Shown here: positions 1 to 12,000 of the stretch, one piece after another
Numbering within the stretch: position 1 is the stretch's first letter
Layout of the letters: each line of letters opens with the position of its first letter
DNA from: Macrostomum lignano
Lineage: Eukaryota
Direction of reading: 5' to 3'
Assembly (NCBI GenBank): GCA_002269645.1
Contig: NIVC01001122.1
Coordinates: forward strand, 356,682-420,681
DNA: 64,000 bases
Notes under the pieces: generated by a model
What the model was told of the DNA's origin: nothing
Seen by the model: the letters and a program-made list of their open reading frames with translations, nothing else
Databases searched by the model: none
Translations under genes and position numbers: made by a program

Positions 1-3000
1 GAAAGGCGTTCGCGTCGGCTCGCGAACTCCTTACCCAGTCAGAGAGATGTACACCTTGTTGATTGAGATGGAATCCATCGGTACAGATGCATGCTTCATG
101 CTGAACCTAACAAACTTTGGCAACACGCTAAAATATGAAAACAATAGCGAGCCATTCCTGACTTACGTAACATTCGGAAATTACAGCTACTGCAGAAAGA
201 ACAGCTTGACAAAGACTAATCTTAATAATTACTTCAACGAAGATCTCACCAACCAGTACATAAACGAGTACAAGGCGTCCTTATCTCGGTCAGGAGACCT
301 GTCAGCCCTCCTAACCCTGAAGCTGCTCAGCTTTAAGCGCGGCGCAGCTGTTATTCACATATACGCGGCAAACGAAGTCTCGGAGACTTTCTTCTCCTGG
401 AAGATGGTAATCACTAAGGACTACTGCAACTATCCCAGAGCAAATTTGCAGGGCTTCCGTCAGAAGTTGGTTTCGCGCTCAGATAATTTGACGCTGGTGT
501 CCGAGGCTGCAATCAGCTGCTACAATGTCACCACCAAAGTTGACTGGACAGTGATGGAGTCGCCCATCGACTACGACAACTGGACAGACTACTTGCCAGC
601 CATGGATCAGTTCTTCAAGCAGTACAGGGCCCATGTCAATTATCACGAGCTGTACAAGCTCACCAACGGCTACATCCGAGAGACGTCGAACGCTGAGCTG
701 CAGAATTTGCCAGTTTTCTCGTTCAGCCTCCGTACCGGCTATAAGTACAACTTCACCATCAGCATGCAGATGGCCGAAGAGCTGAACCTCACCGGCAGCA
801 GCTACGTGGTGATCACAGTTCAACCAGCCGCAATGCGCCCGTGCATCCAGGTGAGCTTTCAAGACGGATTCAACGACACGATCACGGCCACGGGCATGGC
901 CCAGATGAAATGGGGCACCCGGCTTCTGCTCGACGCCAGCTGTTCCATGAATCCAGACGTATTCGAGGCTGGCGGAGAAACGGTCAATCTGCAGTTCGAA
1001 TGGTACTGTCACCGCTCCTGCGAGCGGTACATTATTTGGGACAACGACTTCGCGTACAACATCAGCAAACAGCTGCAAGACGTCTGCCCGATGCTGGAGT
1101 CCGTGGATCCGCCAAGTTTCTCGCCAAGACCCGGCTGCTTCATCCAGAACTACTGGACACTCCGCGGTCAGCTGCCGCATTTAAACCTGGAAGACTGGCG
1201 GTTCCCGTCGACTGTCCCAGCGGTGCAGAGAATACTGAGCCGGCCAGAGTACAGCTCGTGGCTAAAGAATCCTGGTGACGAGACCAGCGGACACTATTTC
1301 TACTACATGCCGGATAGAAACAGCTCGGTCCGGATGGTGCTGAACTCGGAGCAGATGTACGAGAATCAAATCCATTTTGTCAGCTTGGTGATGCGAGACG
1401 CGACCGGAGGCAAGAGCCCGATGAAGAGCCTGTTCCAGCTGAAGCTGACCCCGGGCTTTCCGCCCAAGATTGACATTCAGTGAGTCGCTTAAAATTTAGA
1501 ATTTAGCATTTCTACGAGTTATTTTTAACTTTGGTTTGTCTTGTGTTAGCCATGTTTTACGGAATACCGGTTTACATTTACACTTTCTGCACGTTTTAAT
1601 TTACAGACTTCGGGCTTCGATTTTTAATAGCCGGGTATAGATTTAGCAGATTCCGGGCTAGATTGGCAGGATTTGGGTCTAGATTCATAGGGTTTGGGTC
1701 TAGATTCATAGGGTTTGGGTCTAGATTCATAGGGTTTGGGTCTAGATTCATAGGGTTTGGGTCTAGATTTATAGGGTTTGGATCTAGATTTATAGGGTTT
1801 GGAATCTAGATTCATAGGGTTTGGGTCTAGATTCATAGGGTTTGGGTCTAGATTCATAGGGTTTGGGTCTAGATTCATAGGGTTTGGGTCTAGATTCATA
1901 GGGTTTGGGTCTAGATTCATAGGGTTTGGGTCTAGATTCATAGGGTTTGGGTCTAGATTCATAGGGTTTGGGTCTAGATTCATAGGGTTTGGGTCTAGAT
2001 TCATAGGGTTTGGGTCTAGATTCATAGGGTTTGGGTCTAGATTCATAGGGTTTGGGTCTAGATTCATAGGGTTTGGGTCTAGATTCATAGGATTTGGGTC
2101 TAGATTCATAGGGTTTGGGTCTAGATTCATAGGGTTTGGGTCTAGATTCATAGGGTTTGGGTCTAGATTCATAGGGTTTGGATCTAGATTCATAGGATTT
2201 GGGTCTAGATTCATAGGGTTTGGGTCTAGATTCATAGGGTTTGGGTCTAGATTCATAGGGTTTGGGTCTAGATTCATAGGGTTTGGGTCTAGATTCATAG
2301 GGTTTGGATCTAGATTCATAGGATTTGGGTCTAGATTCATAGGGTTTGGGTCTAGATTCATAGGGTTTGGGTCTAGATTCATAGGGTTTGGGTCTAGATT
2401 CATAGGGTTTGGGTCTAGATTCATAGGGTTTAGGTCTAGATTCATAGGGTTTGGGTCTAGATTCATAGGGTTTGGGTCTAGATTCATAGGGTTTGGGTCT
2501 AGATTCATAGGGTTTGGGTCTAGATTCATAGGGTTTGGGTCTAGATTCATAGGGTTTGGATCTAGATTCATAGGGTTTGGGTCTAGATTCATAGGGTTTG
2601 GGTCTAGATTCATAGGGTTTGGGTCTAGATTCATAGGATTTGGGTCTAGATTCATAGGGTTTGGGTCTAGATTCATAGGGTTTGGGTCTAGATTCATAGG
2701 GTTTGGGTCTAGATTCATAGGGTTTGGGTCTAGATTTATAGGATTTGGGTCTAGATTCATAGGGTTTGGGTCTAGATTCATAGGATTTGGGTCTAGATTC
2801 ATAGGGTTTGGGTCTAGATTCATAGGGTTTGGGTCTAGATTCATAGGGTTTGGGTCTAGATTCATAGGGTTTGGGTCTAGATTCATAGGGTTTGGGTCTA
2901 GATTCATAGGGTTTGGGTCTAGATTCATAGGATTTGGGTCTAGATTCATAGGGTTTGGATCTAGATTCATAGGATTTGGGTCTAGATTCATAGGGTTTGG

Positions 3001-6000
3001 GTCTAGATTCATAGGGTTTGGGTCTAGATTCATAGGGTTTGGGTCTAGATTCATAGGGTTTGGGTCTAGATTCATAGGATTTGGGTCTAGATTCATAGGG
3101 TTTGGGTCTAGATTCATAGGATTTGGGTCTAGATTCATAGGGTTTGGGTCTAGATTTATAGGATTTGGGTCTAGATTCACAGGATTTGGGTCTAGATTCA
3201 CAGGATTTGGGTCTAGATTCACAGGATTTGGGTCTAGATTCACAGGATTTGGGTCTAGATTCACAGGATTTGGGTCTAGAATCGCAAGATTTGGGTCTAG
3301 ATTCACAGGATTTGGGTCTAGATTCACAGGATTTGGGTCTAGATTCATAGGGTTTGGGTCTAGATTCATAGGATTTGGGTCTAGATTCATAGGGTTTGGG
3401 TCTAGATTCATAGGATTTGGGTCTAGATTCATAGGGTTTGGGTCTAGATTCAAAGGGTTTGGGTCTAGATTCATAGGGTTTGGAATCTAGATTCATAGGG
3501 TTTGGGTCTAGATTCATAGGGTTTGGGTCTAGATTCATAGGGTTTGGGTCTAGATTCATAGGGTTTGGGTCTAGATTCACAGGATTTGGGTCTAGATTCA
3601 CAGGATTTGGGTCTAGAATCGCAAGATTTGGGTCTAGAATCGCAAGATTTGGGTCTAGAATCGCAAGATTTGGGTCTAGAATCGCAAGATTTGGGTCTAG
3701 AATCGCAAGATTTGGGTCTAGATTCACAGGATTTGGGTCTAGATTCGCAGGATTTGGATCTAGATGATCAATATTGGGGTCTAGATTTGCATAATTCATA
3801 TTAATACTGCAGTTGCATATCGAACTGCGGCCTGGGCATCGTAAAGCCACTGAGGAGCGGATTAAACAGCATCTGCGAGGAGAAGATGACCAAACTGAAC
3901 GTGCAAAAAAGTTTCAAATTGCAAGCGAAAATCAAATCACAAGTAGCCGGCATTCGGTACAACTTTTATTGGGATTTCAGCGACTACAGATACGAGATGT
4001 GCCTGTCGGATATTGATTACTCTCGGATATTCAACGACACCGTGTATCAGAAGTTTGACTGGACGAACACCACTTTCAATGGTTGGTGCAACGTTTTCTG
4101 TGTTGTTTTTCTACTTTTTATGATCCTGCATCTAGTTACTAGGGTAATGTTCCAATAGTGACCTCCAAATCTTGAAGCAACACTGTGCTGCTTTCAGGCA
4201 AGACAATCTCCTACAGCACCAGCGGAGTGGACAAGACAGGCCTGTCTATCGACTCAAATTTGCCGTTCTTTACTCAGCCAAAGTCGCCCAGCTACCATCT
4301 CATTCGCATCAACTGTTGGCGAGGGGACGATCAGGACAATGCGGGTCAGTGCGCTGATTGGTTGGGGTGTCTGGCGTTGGATTGGGTCAGGGTTGGGGTG
4401 TCTGGCATTGGATTGAGTTAAGGTTGGGGTGTCTGGCGTCGGATTGAGTTAGGGTTGGGGTGTCTGGCGTCGGATTGAGTTAAGGTTGGGGTGTCTGGCG
4501 TCGGATTGAGTCAGGGTTGGGGTGTCTGGCGTCGGATTGAGTTAGGGTTGGGGTGTCTGGCGTCGGATTGAGTTAGGGTTGGGGTGTCTGGCGTCGGATT
4601 GAGTCTGGGTTGGGATACCAACTGGGCTTTGCAGTGGGCCTGGCGGCTCATTTCTATTTCATTTGATCTTCTCCGCAGGCTACTCAATAATTCCGTTCGG
4701 GTTCAACAAGCCACCGGACCTGTCAACTATGCGGGTGACAGTCAGCCCGCCAACCGGGATCGGCCTGCTGACCTTGTTCCAGGTGACTTGCGCCGGTGCC
4801 GCTGACGAGGATGCGCCGCTAATCTACTCGATTGGGTTCTCAATGCTCAACAGGCCGAAATCGTCCGACGACTGTATCTGGCTGTCGCAAGGTGACGCAT
4901 GCTTGCGCCTAATCAGGTGCTATCATTAGACATGACAACAATTTCACTGATTAATCATCGGGGCAAGCATCGCAAGGCTACTGATGTGTCCCTGATATGG
5001 CGAGAATTACGAGCTACTTCGTGATTCTCCAGACAGCAAAACATCCGTGATTATTCACTAGGAAGCGCTAAAAAAACAACGATAAAAACCAATTTCGCCC
5101 TCCCCGATTCCCAACTGCCAGACAAAACCTACTGCCGTCTAGCCGAGCCCAGCACCCTACCGGTGGGCCTCAAGCAGCACAACTACGACCTGACCCTCTG
5201 CATCGAGGTCAAGGACAGCGTCGGGGAGACGAGCCTCCACTATGACACCAAGGTGAACAGCCGAGTGCCAGACTCTTCAAGCGTGTCCATCGCCCAGCGC
5301 AGTCCCATCATGATGGACATTCGCAGCTACGCGCAGACTGGAAACGTCAACCAGTTTCTATTGAACGCCTACTCGCTAATTTCTATGGCCCAGAGCTCCT
5401 CCAGGGAGCTCAACTCTACCAATGATACGGCCGCTTCTGATCCTGTCTCTTCTCCCGCCAGTAGCTACATGCGCGACAACTTGGTCACGTCTCTGCAGGA
5501 CATCGTCAATACGAGGCGCTCAATGCGGGCTATACCGGACATCCGGTCGGTGAAAATGCTGGGCAGCCTGACGAAGTCAGTCGGCGATGCCAATCAGCTG
5601 GATGGCGACCCCGGCGGCGGTTCAGATGCTGCCGTGCAGCAGCAGACGGTATGTAGGAATGATGAGATTTACAAACACGACTAAACACCTTGACAGACAC
5701 ATTTTTTAGAGGCAGGCTGGTTGTGTGCACCCTGGCGCACTTTAAGCGACATAGGCACACAACCGGCGAGAGGCATTACTGCCCATTCCGCCGACTCCCC
5801 TGAGCAGGCATACAAGCGCGCGGATACGTACGCAGGCACACACTCACACAGGAGTGTACAGCGGCCCTAGCTTTATTTATCGTTAGGCATGTACACTTCA
5901 CTGCGCCTTGGGGGGTTGGCTCTGAAGGCCGTTAATTGCACGACCAGAGCCAAGCCGAGATTCCAATTCAGCCCCAAATTAATGTGACTGCACTTGGAAT

Positions 6001-9000
6001 CGAGCCTGGGTCGCTGGCACACCAGAGCAGCTGCGCTACCGCTGGGCTACGGCCCCCCGACAGACACATAGTAAACCACAAAGACAGTAGGACACAAGAC
6101 ATTAAGGCACAAAGACATCCAGACAGTCAAACACTTGGACAGACATCAAGGCACTAAGGCCAGACATTGAGACCTTTAGTTTTCCATCTGTCCCGAACCC
6201 GCAGCAGATCCGACAAACGCAGGCCAGCGTCATCGGCCTCGCCGAGGAACTCAGCGACCTCAGCGACCTGGACTCCATCTCTGCCGAGGAAGTGTTCTCC
6301 GCATCCAGCGTCCTACTCGACTCCGTGTCGCAGGCTGTCGACCAGCTGCTACCGAACCTCACCGACTCAGCCGACTCGTCAACAACGACAAAGGCACCGA
6401 CGACGCCGACACCGACACCGACGACCTTCGGACAGCTGGATGCCAAAACCAGCGCCATCCTGCAGAACTCCGTGCAGGCCGCTGAAGGCATCGTCCGCTG
6501 CTTGGCAAAGAAGAATGTCATCGGCGAGCGGCCAACGGGTCTTGTGAAGACGGGCGTGTCGCTGAATGCCGCCAGGCGGGACATCGGCCTTCTGAGCTCC
6601 GGTAATCCCCCAATTAGGACAGTTTGCGGGTAGCCAGCAAAGTTTTCTGTCTGATTTTTAGGCCAACAATATGATCCTAACTCGCAAGTTATAAGTTCTA
6701 CTTTACTATGATAGAGCATAGCGTTCTTTTCACGCTACTCGTTAGTAGCCGGTTTCTCAAGCCCACTAGCGATACGAGAGTCGCTTGATGCTGCATTCGA
6801 CATAAAAATAACTCACATTTCAGCGGCAACTCGACCGTCAAACCCGGACGACTGTTCTCAGTTCACCATGGGCGATCAACGCGAGACGGAAGACGGCGAG
6901 AACGCCTTCCAGGTGCCGTACCCGCTCAACCCTAACCTGACTGTGCCGCTGGTGCAAACGCTGGCATTGGTAAGTTCGCAAGAGATTAACAAACCCAGTT
7001 GACCAATGGCGTCCACGACATTCAACTCCCAAACCCTGACCCTAGTACTGCATAGTCTGCTTGCGTCATCACTCCCGAGGCAGCCATTGTGAGCTGTAGA
7101 AGCTGTATGAAGTAGCTCTTTGATACAGTGGGCTGTGCCATTGACTGACACACCTGGCCACCTTGTCTTTATTTAGACATCTACAATATAATAATTGTTG
7201 GGCCCCACACACAAATTTGACAGCTGGGTGAACTGAAGCAATGCAGAGTTGATTGCCTTGCTCAATGACACAAATTGCTCCAGATCCAGAAATTGCTCGG
7301 ATCCAGAATCGAACCCCTGACCTTTTAGTCGTTGAGTCCGACGCTCTAGCCACTAGGCTAAACCTCTGTCGTTAAATGCGTTCTTTATAGACAAATCCTA
7401 TTAAAAATCATTTATTAATGATATTATCTGTGAATTTCTATTGGAAAATGGCAATAAAACAACATTCCTACGGCTAAAGATGAAGATGGAGAACTTCTCA
7501 GTTCCACAGCGGCCTCAGTTCCCTATCCCATCCCCGCGTCAACTTTTCCAGCTGGTCCGCATGGACCGCAATGTCTACGCCGGGGCCAAGAGCGGCGCCA
7601 ACATGACCTCCAACATGTACGCCTTCAGCTTCGAGAACCCCGAGGGCGGCCAGGTCAAGCTGGCCAATCTCAACAACCGCTCTTTGGTGCAGATGTACTT
7701 GAAGACCCGCTCGGACCAGGTGCCGGCTCAAGCCTCGGTGGCCGAGGCGGTCCGGCCGCCCCAGCCGATGCGCATCCACCGCGTCGAGGTGCCGGAAAAG
7801 TCCGCCCTCTTCATCCGACTGGGCGTCGCCCCGCCGCCAGCCGGCAACGACACGTCGTCAACAGCGAGCGCCTCGCCGACAACAACAACAACGACGTTTC
7901 CGCCGATCACGACGCCCGGCACAGCCATCAGCTTCGAGGTCATTTTGCGAGAGCGGCACTTCCCGGATGACTCCATTCGGGATCACGAGTGCGTGCTGCC
8001 TATGGAGGCGCCCACGCCGCTCTGCAATCCGCACGAGTCGCCGGCCTCCTCCTCTAGCGATGCGGCGGCTGCTGACGCCTTCGCTGAGCCAGCTGCTCCG
8101 TCCGCGGCTGCGCCCGACGAGGTGAGCAACCGGAGCAGCCTGGAGCTCGGCGCTGCAGCGTCGGAGCCGCTGTCAGTCGAGACCCTGTGCCGCTGCTTCG
8201 CCTTCGATTCGGCCACCGTCACTTCTTTGGGCACAACGAGACCATCGTTGGCGACCTCATCAGCGCCGGTCGGCAGCAGCGACTCCGGCGAGGCGGACAA
8301 AGTCTGCATTCGAGCGAGCGAAGTCGCCGGCAGCGCTGGCAATGACAGCCTGACAACGGAGTCGCCAGCTGCGGAGTCGAGCGGCGACCCCGGCGCTCTG
8401 GTGCGGTGCTACTGCAACTCCACCTACTGCACCGACGAGTCGCCAGAAAGTGTGGCGCCATCGCCAGCCTCCTGCCAGGCCAGGCCGAGCCGTATGGACC
8501 CGTGGACCTGCTTTCTGCCGCCCATTCTGCTAGGGAAGTGAGTAAAAGTACATCGCTTCCGTATGCTTCGGGTTTCAGCTCGTAGAAATTGTGTTATTTG
8601 GATAAAAAATGATTTAGGAATGACTTGCTGACTACTTAGTGTTCATCAGCGAGGAGTCAACCATTCCCCTGATCCTTTAAGCACCGGTGTGTACAAAGAC
8701 ACTAGCTCACACAGGGTGTACAGCGGGGCCCTGACTCTCTTATCATCAAGCATGTACACCCTTGGAGGCTGAGTCAGATTGTATTTTTGTCCCAAACGAG
8801 AAGAATCGAATCAAGGAACTCCGCTCCGCTCCGCCACCTGCAGCCACAACCGATCCGCACTAATGTACATCGGCGTTCGCGCATTCTTCAACACAAGCAG
8901 CGGCAGCAAGCTCAGCCGTCAGTACGTTGACAGCGCCTACGAGTTCACCATCTTCACTGCTGGCTGCTTCTTCTTCAATTACACCAGCCAGTCTATGGAC

Positions 9001-12000
9001 GATGCCGGCATGATGGTGAGCGTCTAAGATAGCCTTTCTCCCTCTTCACCAGCTCACTTTTCTCCCTCACTCTTCTCCCTCACTTTTCTCCCTCACTTTT
9101 CTCCCTCACTTTCTCCCTCACTTTTCTCCCTCACTTTCTCCCTCACTTTTCTCCCTCACTTTTCTCCCTCACTTTTCTCCCTCACTTTCTCCCTCACTTT
9201 TCTCATTCACTTTTCTCCCTCACTTTTCTCATTCACTTTTCTCCCTCACTTTTCTCATTCACTTTTCTCATTCACTTTTCTCATTCACTTTTCTCCCTCA
9301 CTCTTCTCCCTCACTTTTCTCCCTCACTTCCTCCCTCACTTTTCTCCCTCACTTTTCTCCCTCACTTTTCTCCCACCCTCTTCTCTCTTCCCCTCTTCTC
9401 TCTTCCCCTCTTCTCTCTTCCCCTCTTCTCTCTTCCCCTCTTCTCTCTCCCTCTTGTCTCCCCCTCTTGTCTCCCCCTTCAGAGGCACTGAAAAAAGTAT
9501 TCTCACTGCTCCCCCCACCACATAAAAATTCCTCAGATCGGCGCCTGCAGCAGTCCGGACATCACGCAGTGCTTCTCCCGGCACACCACTTCGTTCATGG
9601 CTTCGGCCGTTGTGCCTCCAATCTCTTTCGACGTTCACAACTCGGCTTGGCTATCGCTGGATAGCAACCCCATCGCCTTCGCCCTCTGTATTGCACTGGT
9701 GTGCCTCTACTGTATAGTGCTGATCTGGGCCCGCAAGCGCGACCTGCGAGACATTCAACTGGTTGGCGTCACTCCGCTGATGGATAATGACCCAAGGGAT
9801 GCGTACCGCTACGAAGTGACCGTGTGGACTGGAGCCAGGTGAGCTCATTTGGAGTTGTTGAACTGCAGCCAATGATCAGCAGATTGTTCGTTCAGGATTG
9901 ACGCGATTCTCACTGATAGATTGAGGCGATTCTCACTGATAGATTGAGGCGATTCTCACTGATAGATTGACGCGATTCTCACTGATAGATTGAGGCGATT
10001 CTCACTGATAGATTGACGCGATTCTCACTGATAGATTGAGGCAACGATTCTCACTGATAGATTGACGCGATTCTCACTGATAGATTGAGGCAACGATTCT
10101 CACTGATAGATTGACGCGATTCTCACTGATAGATTGACGCGATTCTCACTGATAGATTGACGCGATTCTCACTGATAGATTGAGGCGATTCTCACTGATA
10201 GATTGACGCGATTCTCACTGATAGATTGAGGCAACGATTCTCACTGATAGATTGACGCGATTCTCACTGATAGATTGACGCGATTCTCACTGATAGATTG
10301 AGGCAACGATTCTCACTGATAGATTGACGCGATTCTCACTGATAGATTGACGCGATTCTCACTGATAGATTGAGGCGATTCTCACTGATAGATTGAGGCG
10401 ATTCTCACTGATAGATTGAGGCGATTCTCACTGATAGATTGAGGCGATTCTCACTGATAGATTGACGCGATTCTCACTGATAGATTGAGGCAACGATTCT
10501 CACTGATAGATTGAGGCGATTCTCACTGATAGATTGAGGCGATTCTCAGAAGTGTCCAAGCGCACCAAACTAAGAAAACACTCCAAACATACTACTCACC
10601 CTACTGCAGACCGGGCTCAGGCACCTCCGCCGGCGTCTCCTTGGTGGTTTTCGGCGACCTGGACGAGACCCGGCCGCGTCTGCTGGCCGACCCGCTGAGG
10701 CCGGTGCTGCAGCGTTCAGGCGTGGACACCTTCCTGATGGCCTGCCGCCGTGACCTGGGCTCCCTGGCCGCTGTCCGGGTGTGGCACGACAACACGGGCA
10801 GCGCGCCAGCCTGGTACCTGGCCCGAATGATGATTGAAGACCTGCAGACCGGGCGCAAGTACTTCTTCATCTGCAACCGCTGGCTGGCTTACGAATTCGA
10901 CGACGGCATGGTGAGGAGGTGCAAACTCTTTCTAAGAAAAAATGGGCTGTAGTCCCAAATTCCGAGTTGGAGGCCGGTCTAGAAAATCCAGCAAAAATAC
11001 TTGGAACTTGGGAAAATTGTTCGTTTGGAATTTGAGCAAGGACTACTCAAAAAGGATGGGGAAATTGCGTTTCTTGAAACATTTTAGGAGGCCTTACCGA
11101 TAATAATCGGTCTCATCTCTATGATTCTATAGAGTCGAATCATCTAGAGATGAGATCTTGAGATCTAGAGATGAGATGAGATGAGATGAGATCTGAGATC
11201 TAGAGATCTTGTAGAGAATAATCGAGAGATGAGAATAATCGGTTTTGCCGATTATTTCTAAGATAGGTGACTTTCATTTCTTTAGCACGTTTCTTTAGCA
11301 TTGGTGTCGCTTTTGATAGGAGGCAGGCCCAATTTTCATATTTTGATATTTCTTGCCTTTCTTATAGCTCTATTGATATTCATAAAGTTTTTCGTTTAGA
11401 AAATAAGGATTCTACAAGTAGCTCGTATGTTAATTTTATATCATACGCACATGTCCTATTTGCCTAAAAATCATAAAATGGCAAAACTCGACTCACTGGT
11501 TAATTAATCTATTTTATTATCCTTTGCTTCATGTCTGTGTAACAAAAATTCGTAGAATGATTCACACCCATGACGCCAACACCAATGGCACAGAATGTGG
11601 ATGCGAAAATATGGGCTGCTGTAAACCCTTCTCGAGATATCGAATTTTTTAGCAAAATCCGATTCAGCGCTATGCATTCTCTAGAGCAGAGGTTGGCAAA
11701 CTATTTTAACTAAAGGGCCAGATAGATAATCTGACGCAAGACTGCGGGCCAGAGAGAGGAGAGTGGAGGGGAGAGAAGAGAGAGGGGAGAGAAGGGGAGA
11801 GAGGAGAGTAGAGGGAGAGGAGAGGGGAGAGAGGAGAGAGGAGAGGAGAGAGGAGGGCAGAGAGGTGAGGGGGAGAGAGGAGATAGGAGAGAGGCGGAAT
11901 GAGAGATGAGAGATGAGAGAGAAAGCCAGAGATGAGAGGAGAGAGGAGAGGAGAGGAGAGAGGAGAGGAGAGGAGAGAGGAGAGGAGAGGAGAGAGGAGA

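Noticed and set aside
479-1278. Overlapping alternative-frame and antisense ORFs in polycystin exon 1 (similar ones over other exons)
   Set aside because: Expected shadows of GC-rich coding sequence.
1624-3850. 563-686 aa ORFs in several frames
   Set aside because: These are translations of the stop-free 21-bp intronic repeat; the polycystin frame splices across them.
5990-7368. tRNA genes at the two A/B-box sites
   Set aside because: The anticodon and acceptor stems do not pair, and each continues into a SINE-like body.
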